NCBI GenBank assembly: GCA_942493105.1
Contig: OW818668.1
Span: forward strand, 894,106 to 958,105
DNA from: an uncultured Erysipelotrichaceae bacterium
GTDB taxonomy: Bacteria > Bacillota_I > Bacilli_A > Erysipelotrichales > Erysipelotrichaceae
DNA length: 64,000 nucleotides
Direction of reading: 5' to 3'
In this document: positions 10,893-21,452 of the stretch, one piece after another
Layout: each line of letters opens with the position of its first letter
Numbering within the stretch: position 1 is the first letter of the stretch
Notes under the pieces: model-generated
Told to the model about the DNA's origin: nothing
The model's database searches: none
What the model saw: only the letters and a program-made list of their open reading frames with translations
Position numbers and translations under genes: made by a program

Positions 10893-11400
10893 TTTTTTCT
10901 CCTTGTGATTCGATCAGAATCAAATTCTTAACGACTCTTTGAGCCGCAAAGGTCAATGCTGCAAGCTTTAGGATGCGGTTTTCTACAGTGATCTCACCTT
11001 CCAGTAAGGTCATAGGTTCTTTCTTTTCCCCCTGAGTTTCAATCAACCGAACCGCATTTTCAACGTCGCTTACAAATAAATTATAAGCCTGTTTGAGTCC
11101 AAGTGTTTGAGTTTCGATAAGAATGCCTTCTTTGATTTGCATGATTTCAAATACATCTTTTAAGATGGCTATCGCAAAGATAAATGCGACATGAACACGT
11201 GTGTACTTCTTTTGAATTGGTGCCGGCAACAATTTAAGTTTGACATAATTGTTGATCATGGCTGCAGTGACGGGCTTGATCCCAAGCGAACTTAAATGTT
11301 TCTCGGTCAACTTGATGACCTGATCCATATAAAGATCAAGGTCTGGTAAGTCTTCCCATCGCGGTAATTTGAAAGGATGCAATTCCTTTTCAGTGTTCAT
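10864..11400 (-). CDS. DUF1836 domain protein
   Basis: Small protein in the known pairing upstream of and overlapping degV. Confidence 0.55.
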   Translation of the reverse strand: MNTEKELHPFKLPRWEDLPDLDLYMDQVIKLTEKHLSSLGIKPVTAAMINNYVKLKLLPAPIQKKYTRVHVAFIFAIAILKDVFEIMQIKEGILIETQTLGLKQAYNLFVSDVENAVRLIETQGEKKEPMTLLEGEITVENRILKLAALTFAAQRVVKNLILIESQGEKNDSKNSDLN

Positions 11401-11558
11401 AAATAAAGTATAAAATAATAATCATAATTAGTCAACATAGTTATCATAATAAGATAGAATTTGAGATCATTTTTCTTAAGTTTCTAAGCGACAGAACCTC
11501 CAGAAAAAAGTTATAATAAACATGTGAAGAATAATAGTGTGAAGGATTGGAGGGAAAC

Positions 11559-12356
11559 ATGATCAAGTTGATTGCTTTAGATATAGATGGTACTTTATAT
11601 AATCAACATGATGAAATCATGCCTTTGACAAGATCCGCTTTATTAAGAGCACACAAGAATGGAATTATCCTTGTGTTGGCTTCGGGTAGATCTTTACATG
11701 GATTAAGAAACCTTGTTCTTAAACAACAAATCCCTTTAGAAAAAACTGTCTTGCTGTGTTATAACGGCGGTGTTATTGCAGATGCTCAAAGTAATGAAAT
11801 CTTATTTGAGGAAGTATTTAGTGAAAATTTATACAGACGAATCATCAAACATGCACAGCAGTTTCCACTCACGTTGATGGTTCCTTATAAACATGAATTA
11901 TGGGTTCAAGATCCTAATGGAACCAATGTTGAGTATGCAGCTCGTTCTGAGAATCATGAAGTCAAAGTTCTCTCAGATCTTAGTTTGATTGATTTTTGTC
12001 CAAATAAAATTATGATCAGTGCTGATCCTCTAGTCATCGATAAGTTCATGGATGATTTGATTGCGCCTTTTGATAATGAAGTCCATTTCTTAAAATCACG
12101 GCCAGATTTTATTGAAATCAATCCAAATGGTGTAGATAAAGGCAGTGCATTAGAGAAGTATTGTGATCTAAAGAAAATTGGAGCCAGCGAAGTTTTGGCT
12201 TTTGGCGATAATTATAACGATCTGACAATGATCAAATATGCCGGGATCGGTGTTGCGATGGATAATGCTGTCGATGAAGTCAAAGCCATCGCAGATGCGA
12301 TTACCTTATCCAACAATGAAGATGGTATAGGTCATTTCCTAAATGACTATTTCTAG
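11559..12356 (+). CDS. Cof-type HAD-IIB phosphatase
   Basis: IALDIDGTL motif I with a C-terminal GDNYNDLTM motif; GGAGGG RBS before ATG 11559. Confidence 0.8.
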   Translation: MIKLIALDIDGTLYNQHDEIMPLTRSALLRAHKNGIILVLASGRSLHGLRNLVLKQQIPLEKTVLLCYNGGVIADAQSNEILFEEVFSENLYRRIIKHAQQFPLTLMVPYKHELWVQDPNGTNVEYAARSENHEVKVLSDLSLIDFCPNKIMISADPLVIDKFMDDLIAPFDNEVHFLKSRPDFIEINPNGVDKGSALEKYCDLKKIGASEVLAFGDNYNDLTMIKYAGIGVAMDNAVDEVKAIADAITLSNNEDGIGHFLNDYF

Positions 12357-12478
12357 ACAATAGCTTCGACTTTCTAAATTGTATCTAGCTATTATTCTTT
12401 AAGCGAAAATTCTTCGATTTATGCGATAGTGTTAAGCTCACCACAATCCCTGAGACAACACAAATATATTTTACTTAT

Positions 12479-12508
12479 AAAAAAGATGATCATTAAATCA
12501 TCTTTTTA
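12479..12508. terminator. bidirectional terminator between convergent genes
   Basis: aagatgat / atcatctt stem flanked by an A-run and a T-run. Confidence 0.6.
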
Positions 12509-14062
12509 TACGATTTTTGTCGTCCAAGTCTCACAATTCCAGACTTCACTGACGATATCTTGATAAAATTCGGGTTCATGGCAAACCAGTAAGATCGTCC
12601 CTTTATAGGCAATCAAGGCTCTTTTTAGTTCCTCTTTTGCGTCAATATCCAAATGATTGGTTGGTTCATCCAAAACCAAGACATTAGAAGGGGTATGCAG
12701 TATTTTGCATAAACGTACTTTGGCTTGTTCGCCACCGCTCAGAACACTTACTTTAGACTCTAATTGCTGACGAGTTAAGCCAACTTTGGCCAATGCATTA
12801 CGAATTTCAAGTTGATTAAATGAAGGGAAAGCTTGCCACACATCTTCTATACAGGTCAAGTTAGAATTCTTTTTTTGTTCTTGCTCGAAGTAACCGATGA
12901 ATAAATATTCACCAGTTTCAATCTTTCCAGAAATAGGTTCAATCATACCTAAGAGACTTTTTAACAGAGTTGATTTTCCTAAACCATTGGCTCCGGTTAA
13001 TGCGATTTTCTGTCCACGTTCAAGTGTAAACTTTAATGGTTTAGATAATGGCGAATCATAACCGATGACCAAATCATTGGCTTCAACGATCAGTTTACCA
13101 GATGTCCGTGACATCTTAAAATTAAAGACTGGTTGAGGCTTTTCAGGTGCTAATTCAATACGCTCCATCTTATCCAGTTTCTTTTGTCTGGATTTAGCCA
13201 TATTGGACGTTGCGACATTGGCTTTATTGCGTGCAACAAAATCCTCAAGTCTTGCTATTTCAGACTGTTGTCTTCCATAAGCTGATTCCAGTAAGCGTTT
13301 GTTTTGCTCATAGACTCTGACAAACTCATCATAGTTCCCTACATAGCGTGTTAGCTTTCTATTTTCAACATGATAAATCAAGTTAACAACATCATTTAAG
13401 AAAGGCATATCATGAGAAATCAAAATAAAAGCATTCTCATACGACAGTAAATAACGTTTAAGCCAAACAATATGTTCTTCATCAAGATAGTTAGTGGGTT
13501 CATCAAGCAGTAAGATGTCTGGTTTTTCAAGTAAGAGTTTCGTTAATAATACCTTGGTTCTTTGTCCACCCGACAATAAATCGACATCTTTCTCTAAACC
13601 GATTGCACTTAATCCCAAAGCTGATGCAACTTCATCGATCTTCTTATCGATGATGTAGAAATCATGATGATCTAGGGTATCTTGTAATATGCCGATCCGC
13701 TCAAGTGTTTCATCCATATCTAAGTCAGGATCATTGGCCATTGCGTCATAAAGCTTAAGCATCTCAGCCTCATCATCAAATAAATATTGATAAGCTTTCT
13801 GTAGGACTTGGCGAATCGTAAGACCTTTCTCAAGCACAGTATGTTGATCTAAATAACCAACCCTTACTTTAGACGACCAAATGACTCGTCCTTCTTCAGG
13901 GGTCAATTTACTGGTCAGGATACTCATGAATGTTGATTTACCTTCACCATTGGCTCCAATTAAGCCAACATGTTCACCTTTAAGCAAACGAAAAGAAACA
14001 TCGTCAAAAATACCTCGATCTCCAAATCCGTGACTTAAATGTTCAACTGTACAAATACTCAT
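12506..14062 (-). CDS. ABC-F family ATPase (two ABC domains, no TMD)
   Basis: Two Walker A sites (GANGEGKST, GANGLGKST) and two LSGG signatures. Confidence 0.85.
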   Translation of the reverse strand: MSICTVEHLSHGFGDRGIFDDVSFRLLKGEHVGLIGANGEGKSTFMSILTSKLTPEEGRVIWSSKVRVGYLDQHTVLEKGLTIRQVLQKAYQYLFDDEAEMLKLYDAMANDPDLDMDETLERIGILQDTLDHHDFYIIDKKIDEVASALGLSAIGLEKDVDLLSGGQRTKVLLTKLLLEKPDILLLDEPTNYLDEEHIVWLKRYLLSYENAFILISHDMPFLNDVVNLIYHVENRKLTRYVGNYDEFVRVYEQNKRLLESAYGRQQSEIARLEDFVARNKANVATSNMAKSRQKKLDKMERIELAPEKPQPVFNFKMSRTSGKLIVEANDLVIGYDSPLSKPLKFTLERGQKIALTGANGLGKSTLLKSLLGMIEPISGKIETGEYLFIGYFEQEQKKNSNLTCIEDVWQAFPSFNQLEIRNALAKVGLTRQQLESKVSVLSGGEQAKVRLCKILHTPSNVLVLDEPTNHLDIDAKEELKRALIAYKGTILLVCHEPEFYQDIVSEVWNCETWTTKIV

Positions 14063-14216
14063 AGCTATCCTCCAAATAAATGTCCAAAAAGAATCATACC
14101 CTACATCGACTCTATATGCAATCTTAAGCTTAGAACTTGCTTATAAAATGGTTGTTTTTTACTTAACTTATCCATTTAATATGGCTCATCAACAACGATA
14201 AGTCTATAATAAAATC

Positions 14217-14885
14217 ATGGAACCAAGGACCATCATATCACTAGCTTATATCGTCAGTGTAACGATCTTTTTAGTGTTCTTGGTTAAACTAACACTAGAA
14301 GACAACCATGGCTTACGTTTATTCATTAAAATGATCGTCTGTCTTCACTTTATGACAGTGGCACTATTGGCACTATACTTTAATAAGATTGAAACAAATG
14401 AGATTTTTTTATTCCTTGGATTAGGATCATCATTGTGTGGTGATCTTGCCTTAGGATTAAAATATAAACATCGTTCCTATTTGTTTTTGGGAACAGTGTT
14501 TTTTCTGATAGGTCATGGATTTTATATCGTATTCTTTGGGATCAACAGTACATCGCTTTGGTTATCTCTACCACTGCTATTTATGGCTTTGATGTTTGGA
14601 TATTCAACACGTAAAAATAAAGAGTATGATTTTAAAGGAATGGGTTGGGCTATCAATATCTACGTTATCGCGTTGATTCTAATGGTGAGTACTGCTTTGG
14701 CATCTTGGGTTCTTCATCCGACGCAACTCTCTTCAATGCGAGTTATTGGGGCTGTGTTCTTCTTCTTTTCTGACTTCATCCTCTTACATCTTTATTTCTC
14801 CAAGAATAGAAACAACAGTTCTGTTGTTTTGTACCTTATCTTATATCATATAGGTCAGGGTTTGATTGCTTGGAGCTTATGGTAA
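14217..14885 (+). CDS. YhhN-like (lysoplasmalogenase family) membrane protein
   Basis: Polytopic membrane protein with a C-terminal FFFFSDFILL motif resembling YhhN. Confidence 0.45.
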   Translation: MEPRTIISLAYIVSVTIFLVFLVKLTLEDNHGLRLFIKMIVCLHFMTVALLALYFNKIETNEIFLFLGLGSSLCGDLALGLKYKHRSYLFLGTVFFLIGHGFYIVFFGINSTSLWLSLPLLFMALMFGYSTRKNKEYDFKGMGWAINIYVIALILMVSTALASWVLHPTQLSSMRVIGAVFFFFSDFILLHLYFSKNRNNSSVVLYLILYHIGQGLIAWSLW

Positions 14886-14914
14886 ACAGAGCGACTCTAC
14901 TTGAGTCGCTTTAA

Positions 14915-15751
14915 TTATTCATAGTCATCTTTTAGAATATACTGTACCGCAACACAACCAGGTCCACCCAGTGCCATTAATACAGGTGAGAAATTTAAGT
15001 ATTCGATGTCAAGGTTACCAAATCTTTGACGTATTTTCTCCTCTAATAGTTTAGCTGTCTCAAGATTCATCGCATGAACGATATAGATCTTATGCTGAAT
15101 ACTGACCGCATTATCTGCCATCTTTTTGATGATATGATCAAAAGCTTGGATCCAAGTTCGACCTACTCCAAATTTATCCAAACGCTCCATACCTGGTGTA
15201 AATGTCAGGATCGGTTTGATACCCATCATACCCGCAAAGGTCGCAGCTAAAGGTGAAATACGTCCAGATCGTTTCAAAAAATTGAAATCAACCGGAATAA
15301 GAAATGATTGGCACTCTGATAAACACTTATCCATTCTTAGGATAATTTCATCAATACTATGTTTATGTGATAATCGTTGTGCCAATTGAACCAAATAACG
15401 TTGAGTCCCAACCAAAGCTTTACTGTTGTATAGGACAACATTTGAATTCAACTCTTTTAATGCGGATGCTGCCACATCATAGGTTGAACTTAATCCTTTG
15501 GCGACACAAATATGGAGTCCTTCTTTATATTGATCATAGATTTGCATTAATTGTCCTATTGAAGGTAATGAGGTCAATGCTCGATTTGTTTTTGTCAGTT
15601 CAACGAATTTCTCAGAACTGATGTCTAGGTAATCACGATAGTTCATTCCAGCTACCACAACTTGTAAAGGTATGAGTTCAATGTCAAGTTCTTGTGCTTC
15701 TTCTACACCAATCAAACTGCCAGTATCAGTCATGATTTTCATAAGTTTCAC
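14915..15751 (-). CDS. DegV family protein (second paralog)
   Basis: MKIMTDTGS N-terminus and DegV layout. Confidence 0.85.
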   Translation of the reverse strand: MKLMKIMTDTGSLIGVEEAQELDIELIPLQVVVAGMNYRDYLDISSEKFVELTKTNRALTSLPSIGQLMQIYDQYKEGLHICVAKGLSSTYDVAASALKELNSNVVLYNSKALVGTQRYLVQLAQRLSHKHSIDEIILRMDKCLSECQSFLIPVDFNFLKRSGRISPLAATFAGMMGIKPILTFTPGMERLDKFGVGRTWIQAFDHIIKKMADNAVSIQHKIYIVHAMNLETAKLLEEKIRQRFGNLDIEYLNFSPVLMALGGPGCVAVQYILKDDYE

Positions 15752-16034
15752 CTTTGAATATATTATACATAAATAGGAGTTTTTTTAGAAACGTTGATTT
15801 CCAATAGATAACTTTATTCATAAATCATGTCTCAGTATGAATAAAAAATGTGGTGAAATTTGCGTGCATGAGTCTTACAGGTCTGTTTTTTTTAGAGGAC
15901 TTGTGATAGAGTATAGGCATGTTACGGAGGTGGCTATGAACTTAAATTTGAATGATCTGACCCATGACGTAACAAACATCTTTATAGCATAAGCCTTACT
16001 GCGCTTGTGTTTTTTATTTTATGACAACTGAATA

Positions 16035-16103
16035 TTTTGTATAACTGCAGAAATACGGTCTGCAAGTCTCTACCCTGACACCATAAACGTTGGGACTACA
16101 AAA
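16035..16103 (+). promoter_or_regulatory. purine (guanine-type) riboswitch aptamer
   Basis: P1 ttttgta / tacaaaa; conserved J2-3 tctctacc; P3 region ccataaacgttgggac; C at the specificity position (gggaCtac). Confidence 0.8.
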
Positions 16104-16139
16104 TCAAAATGAGCTGCCAAGCTGTTTTTTGGTTTTTAT

Positions 16140-16167
16140 GAGACATCCAACCGGGTGTCTTTTTGTA
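16140..16167 (+). terminator. riboswitch expression-platform terminator
   Basis: agacatcc-aacc-gggtgtct hairpin followed by TTTTT immediately before the purE RBS. Confidence 0.7.
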
Positions 16168-16181
16168 TTCAAGGAGGAAAT

Positions 16182-16667
16182 ATGGATCAAGTTAAAGTAT
16201 CTGTTGTGATGGGTTCTATCAGTGATTATGAAACCGTTGTTGAAACCATCAATATTCTGGAGGCTTTTAATGTTGGTTATGAAAAAAAGGTGGTTAGTGC
16301 TCACAGAACACCTGAAGATATGGTCAACTATGCGAAAGAAGCGGCACATCGCGGTATAGAAGTCATCATTGCAGCAGCTGGAGGTGCAGCTCATTTACCC
16401 GGCATGATTGCATCATTGACGCATTTACCTGTCATCGGCATTCCCATTAAAACAACAGCTCTAGATGGCTTAGATAGTCTTTTATCGATCAATCAGATGC
16501 CTGCTGGTATTCCTGTCTTAACGACGGCCATCGGAGTTGCCGGAGCTAAGAATGCAGCATTGGCAGCCATTCGTATCTTAGCGATCCATGATGATGTTTT
16601 AGTACAAAAGCTTAAAGATCATCAATTTGAAATGGCGGAAACTGTAAGAGCCAGTACTTTTAAATGA
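16182..16667 (+). CDS. purE: N5-CAIR mutase
   Basis: [11 protein letters not shown] plus GGAAHLPGM motifs; AAGGAGG RBS. Confidence 0.9.
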   Translation: MDQVKVSVVMGSISDYETVVETINILEAFNVGYEKKVVSAHRTPEDMVNYAKEAAHRGIEVIIAAAGGAAHLPGMIASLTHLPVIGIPIKTTALDGLDSLLSINQMPAGIPVLTTAIGVAGAKNAALAAIRILAIHDDVLVQKLKDHQFEMAETVRASTFK

Positions 16668-17770
16668 ACCAACAACTTATTCCACCAGCTCATATTGGGA
16701 TCATTGGTGGGGGACAATTAGGCCAGATGATGGCATTATCAGCCATTCAACAAGGTTATAAAATCAATGTGCTCGATCCAGATCCTGATTGTCCTTGTGC
16801 ATCATTGGCAGAACTGTTTATCCAAGCCGATTTTAATGATGTGTTGGCTTTGGCACGACTGGTTGAATATAGTGATGTAGTAACTTATGAATTTGAAAAT
16901 GCGGATAGTGCTTTGATTGATGGGTTCAATCTTAAAGGTAAGATCCCACAAGGATCACTGGCCTTGACTCTGTCTCAACATCGGATAAAAGAAAAAGAGT
17001 TCGCGAAATTTTTAGAAATCCCATGCCCAAAAACATTTCCAATTTATAAACCAGAAGATCTTAATCAACTTCATGATTATCCCTATGTCATAAAGCGTTG
17101 CCGCTATGGATATGATGGAAAAGGACAAGCAATGATCAAGAATCAAAATGACCGTGATCAGTTAAAACTAACTTTTCCCGATGAATATATTGCAGAACAA
17201 TTCATCCATTTTGAAAAGGAAATATCAGTGGTCTGTGCATGTTTCAAAGATGGGATCAGTTTCTTTGAACCCTTTGAGAATGTGCATGTAAACGGGATAT
17301 TGAGCACTTCTTATCAACCTGCCCAAATCAGTGAACAAATCAAACAACAAGCACTTGAATACACTCTAAGAATTGCCAAATCTCTGAATTATATAGGAGT
17401 ATTGGCCGTGGAATATTTTGTGACCAAAGAGGGCATTTTGTTTAATGAAATGGCTCCTCGTCCACACAACTCAGCTCATGGGACGATTGAAGGGTGTACC
17501 TTTAGTCAATTTGACTTACATATCGCAGCCATCACAGGTTCAAAACAGATACAAACTCAAACTGTTTTACCTACGCTTATGATAAATATCTTAGGACAAG
17601 ATTTACAAAATGCTCTTCAGAAATTCACCATGATGAATCCAGATCATGCTCATTTTCATTATTATGGAAAAAAAGAAGTTCGTCATAATCGTAAAGTGGG
17701 ACACATCACATTGTGCACATCCGATGACAATGAGATTCAACATAAGTTACAAGAATGGAGGAAGATTTAA
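16664..17770 (+). CDS. purK: N5-CAIR synthetase (ATP-grasp)
   Basis: ATP-grasp protein overlapping purE; position in the pur operon. Confidence 0.85.
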   Translation: MNQQLIPPAHIGIIGGGQLGQMMALSAIQQGYKINVLDPDPDCPCASLAELFIQADFNDVLALARLVEYSDVVTYEFENADSALIDGFNLKGKIPQGSLALTLSQHRIKEKEFAKFLEIPCPKTFPIYKPEDLNQLHDYPYVIKRCRYGYDGKGQAMIKNQNDRDQLKLTFPDEYIAEQFIHFEKEISVVCACFKDGISFFEPFENVHVNGILSTSYQPAQISEQIKQQALEYTLRIAKSLNYIGVLAVEYFVTKEGILFNEMAPRPHNSAHGTIEGCTFSQFDLHIAAITGSKQIQTQTVLPTLMINILGQDLQNALQKFTMMNPDHAHFHYYGKKEVRHNRKVGHITLCTSDDNEIQHKLQEWRKI

Positions 17771-20700
17771 TGAAACGCCTTTTTATAAAGAAACGTACTG
17801 GGTTTGATCTGACTTCACTACCGCTAAGTAACTTGATCAAAAATCAACTTCTTATTGATGCTGAAGTAACTTATATGATTGGGTATGACATTGATGAGAT
17901 CGATGAAGCCATTTATCATATCGCTATTGGCCAAGTCTTTTCCGAACCCATGTGTGATGAAGTTATGACCCAATTACCAGAACTCAAAGGAACAATAATC
18001 CTCAAAGAACCTTTACCTGGTCAATATGATCAACGAGCTGATGCCGCAATGCAATGTCTTCGCTTATTGGATCAAAATACGCAAGCAAGTGTAAAAACTT
18101 TTGAATTGGTAATTTTCAATCGAGCATTGACATCTGTAGAAAAAGATCGCTTTATTCATTACTGGATCAATCCGATTGAAATGCGTGAAAAATCGTTGAC
18201 CCAAGAAGTTGAAGTATCAGAAATGATCAGTGATGAAGGTTCGATCGACCACTTCACAGATTTTTCTATAAACCAAGCTCAACAGTTTCTAACCGACAAT
18301 AAAGCTGCGATGAGTTGTGCTGATCTACAACTGATTCAAAACTTTTTTAAGACCCATGAACATCGTCAACCAACGATGACAGAGTTTAAAGTATTGGATA
18401 CCTATTGGAGCGATCATTGTCGTCACACGACTTTTGAAACTCAACTCAAATCAATTACGATACCTCATGGTCCTTATGAAAAAGAACTAAAAGATATGTT
18501 GGATCTTTGTCATGCCTATCGTGCTCAACCAAAACGGTCATTTAAACCTTTGACTTTGATGGAGATGGCCACCATCGCAGCCAAAGTCATTGATGATCCA
18601 CGAGTTGAACATAGTGAAGAAATCAATGCTTGTTCTGTAAAAATCAAAGTTAAACAAAACGGGTCTCCCCAAGATTGGTTACTTCAGTTTAAAAATGAAA
18701 CGCATAATCATCCTACTGAAATTGAACCCTTCGGAGGAGCATCTACCTGTATTGGAGGAGCCATTCGTGATCCCTTAAGTGGCAGAGCTTATGTGTATCA
18801 AGCAATGCGAATCAGTGGCTGTGGGAATGTTAAAGAAGCCATCAGTGATACCATTGCGGATAAATTACCGCAACGAGTCATTGCCCAAAGAGCAACACAA
18901 GGCAACAGTGCTTATGGAAATCAAATAGGCGTTGCGACAACCTATGTGAAAGAAATCTATCATCCCAAGTACACAGCCAAGCATTTTGAATGTGGTGCTG
19001 TTGTTGGGGCCGTTAGAGCAGATGCAGTTAGAAGAGAAAGCCCTAAGGATAAAGATGTAATCGTTTTACTAGGGGGAAGAACTGGTCGAGATGGAATCGG
19101 TGGTGCTACAGGATCATCATTAGCCCATACTCAAACATCTTTGACACAATGTGCAAGTGAAGTTCAAAAAGGCAATGCTCCTGAAGAACGAAAACTGCAA
19201 AGGCTTTTTAGAAATCCAAAAGCGTCACTTCTAATTAAGAAATGTAATGATTTTGGGGCAGGTGGTATCAGTGTTGCTATAGGAGAATTAGCGGAAGGTT
19301 TAATTGTAGATCTTGATAAAATCCCCACAAAATACAATGGACTTAATGCTACAGAATTAGCCATCAGTGAAAGTCAAGAACGAATGGCGGTAGTTTTAGA
19401 TTCAAAGGATGTTGAAACTTTTATCGATTTAGCTCATCAAGAAAATCTGGAAGCGACAATAGTTGCCCATGTCACCCAAACAAAGCGATTACAGATGATC
19501 TATAAAGGACTCAAAGTTGTTGACTTGGATCGTGCTTTAATCGATACCAATGGTGTCAGACAAAGTACAGAAGCAGTTCTTCATCAAAATCCGATCATCG
19601 AAAAAGAAGCATTAGAATTCAATGAAGACAATGCGCTTAATCACTTATCCTCTTTAAATGTCTGTCTTCAAAAAGGTTTGATTGAACAATTTGATGGCAG
19701 TATAGGATCCAGTACTGTGCTTTATCCTTTAGGAGGCAAGAATCAGTTGACTCCAACTCAAGGATCAGTCCAGAAAATTTATACTGATTCAGAAGATGTC
19801 TCAACAGTATCCATTCTAACGCATGGTTTTATCCCTGATCTCAGCGACATCAATCCTTTCTTAAGTGCTCAGGCAGCAGTCCTTGAATCGATCGCAAAGA
19901 CCATTGCCTTAGGTGGCAAAATTGAAAATATCTTTTTCTCATTCCAAGAATACTTTCCACGGCTTAACCAAGATGAGAAAAAATGGGGCAATGTTGTCCA
20001 AGCTTTACTTGGGGCATTAAGTGTTCAAGCTGCTTTTAAGCGTCCTGCGATTGGTGGAAAGGACAGTATGTCTGGAACCTTCAAACACATAGATGTTTTA
20101 GATACTTTAGTATCTTTTGCTTGTAGTGTTGCGGAAGTAGATGACATACGTTCTCAACAAGCAAAATCTACTTTTGATCATTTATATTTGGTTAAAGCAA
20201 AACGTAAACCCAATGGGCTGTTTGATTTGGATGACATCGTTAAGACTTACACTAAAGTTCAATTGATGGCTCAATCCAATAAAGTCAGTGCGGTACGAGT
20301 TGTTGAACAAGGTCTCTTCGCCAGTGTTTGTGCTTTGGTATTTGGCAATGATTTTAAAGTAAAAATCAAAACTGAAGAAGATCTTTTTCAAAATCATCCA
20401 GCCTCTTTCTTGGTTGCAACTCCTAGTACAGATGTCCCCAAAGAATGGCTCAAAATCGGTAAGGTTTCAACAAGCCAATTTACGTTTAACGGAATCAATA
20501 TCGATTATGAAAAGGCAAAAGCTGCTTATACCTACGGACTCGATTTTCTTTACCCTGTTAAATCATCATCAGAAGCCATTGAACTTAAAATTCAAGATAC
20601 TGATCGAATCATGCCTAAGTATCCTGGTGATCCTGTAGATGAAGTCAAGGTGGTCATTCCGTTTTTTCCGGGAACCAACTGTGAAACGGATACAGCCAAA

Positions 20701-21441
20701 GCCTTTAGGAAAGCAGGCGGTCATCCTGTCATTATTGGAATTCGCAATACAACCAAAGAGGATCTTGAGGCATCGCTTAGTGCTTTCGCAGATAAAATTG
20801 ATTCAGCCCATATCTTGGCTCTTCCTGGAGGTTTCTCTAGTGGAGATGAACCTGATGGCAGCGCAAAGTTCATCGTCAATGTCTTAAATCAAACCAAAGT
20901 TAAAAAAGCGATTGAAAGATTACTTGATCGAAAAGGTCTCATCATTGGGATCTGTAATGGATTTCAAGCCCTAATAAAAACTGGTTTGTTGCCTTATGGT
21001 GAATATCGTCAACTCACCAAACATGATGCGACTTTAACCAACAATGTGATCCATCGACATATTTCAGCCATTGTCACAACGCGATTAAGTTCTAATGCTT
21101 CGCCTTGGTTAACCAACTGCGTTCCTGGTGAACTCACAAAAGTTCCAATCAGCCATGGGGAGGGCCGTTTGAAAGTCGATCCGAAACAAGCTGCTGAGTG
21201 GTTCAAGAATGGCCAAGTCGTCTTCCAATATTGTGATCCAAAAGGACAACCGACCATGGATCCCATCTACAATCTCAACGGTTCAGATCAAGCCATTGAA
21301 GGCCTCATATCACCTAATGGTCAGATCTTAGGTAAGATGGGTCATACAGAACGCATCAGACAGGATCTCTATAAAAATATCCCCGGTATGGCAGAACATA
21401 AGCTCTTCCAAAACGGAATCGAATATTTCAAAAAGCGCTAA
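17770..21441 (+). CDS. purL: FGAM synthase, single-chain large type with C-terminal glutamine amidotransferase
   Basis: ~1220 aa with a C-terminal class-I GATase motif GICNGFQAL. ATG 17770 is preceded by GGAGG. Confidence 0.9.
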   Translation: MKRLFIKKRTGFDLTSLPLSNLIKNQLLIDAEVTYMIGYDIDEIDEAIYHIAIGQVFSEPMCDEVMTQLPELKGTIILKEPLPGQYDQRADAAMQCLRLLDQNTQASVKTFELVIFNRALTSVEKDRFIHYWINPIEMREKSLTQEVEVSEMISDEGSIDHFTDFSINQAQQFLTDNKAAMSCADLQLIQNFFKTHEHRQPTMTEFKVLDTYWSDHCRHTTFETQLKSITIPHGPYEKELKDMLDLCHAYRAQPKRSFKPLTLMEMATIAAKVIDDPRVEHSEEINACSVKIKVKQNGSPQDWLLQFKNETHNHPTEIEPFGGASTCIGGAIRDPLSGRAYVYQAMRISGCGNVKEAISDTIADKLPQRVIAQRATQGNSAYGNQIGVATTYVKEIYHPKYTAKHFECGAVVGAVRADAVRRESPKDKDVIVLLGGRTGRDGIGGATGSSLAHTQTSLTQCASEVQKGNAPEERKLQRLFRNPKASLLIKKCNDFGAGGISVAIGELAEGLIVDLDKIPTKYNGLNATELAISESQERMAVVLDSKDVETFIDLAHQENLEATIVAHVTQTKRLQMIYKGLKVVDLDRALIDTNGVRQSTEAVLHQNPIIEKEALEFNEDNALNHLSSLNVCLQKGLIEQFDGSIGSSTVLYPLGGKNQLTPTQGSVQKIYTDSEDVSTVSILTHGFIPDLSDINPFLSAQAAVLESIAKTIALGGKIENIFFSFQEYFPRLNQDEKKWGNVVQALLGALSVQAAFKRPAIGGKDSMSGTFKHIDVLDTLVSFACSVAEVDDIRSQQAKSTFDHLYLVKAKRKPNGLFDLDDIVKTYTKVQLMAQSNKVSAVRVVEQGLFASVCALVFGNDFKVKIKTEEDLFQNHPASFLVATPSTDVPKEWLKIGKVSTSQFTFNGINIDYEKAKAAYTYGLDFLYPVKSSSEAIELKIQDTDRIMPKYPGDPVDEVKVVIPFFPGTNCETDTAKAFRKAGGHPVIIGIRNTTKEDLEASLSAFADKIDSAHILALPGGFSSGDEPDGSAKFIVNVLNQTKVKKAIERLLDRKGLIIGICNGFQALIKTGLLPYGEYRQLTKHDATLTNNVIHRHISAIVTTRLSSNASPWLTNCVPGELTKVPISHGEGRLKVDPKQAAEWFKNGQVVFQYCDPKGQPTMDPIYNLNGSDQAIEGLISPNGQILGKMGHTERIRQDLYKNIPGMAEHKLFQNGIEYFKKR

Positions 21442-21452
21442 AGGAGCACACT

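Noticed and set aside
15367-15621. 84-aa plus-strand ORF inside degV (minus)
   Set aside because: Antisense shadow ORF within a confidently called gene.
15960-15990. Possible PurR box (aacaaacatc) upstream of the pur operon
   Set aside because: Deviates from the Firmicute PurBox core (ACGAACA) and has no partner half-site; riboswitch control is sufficient to explain regulation.
19164-21266. Several 60-85-aa ORFs antisense to or nested within purL (19164-19364, 20182-20397, 20414-20887, 21009-21266)
   Set aside because: Embedded in a well-supported long CDS, no RBS, biased composition typical of antisense frames.
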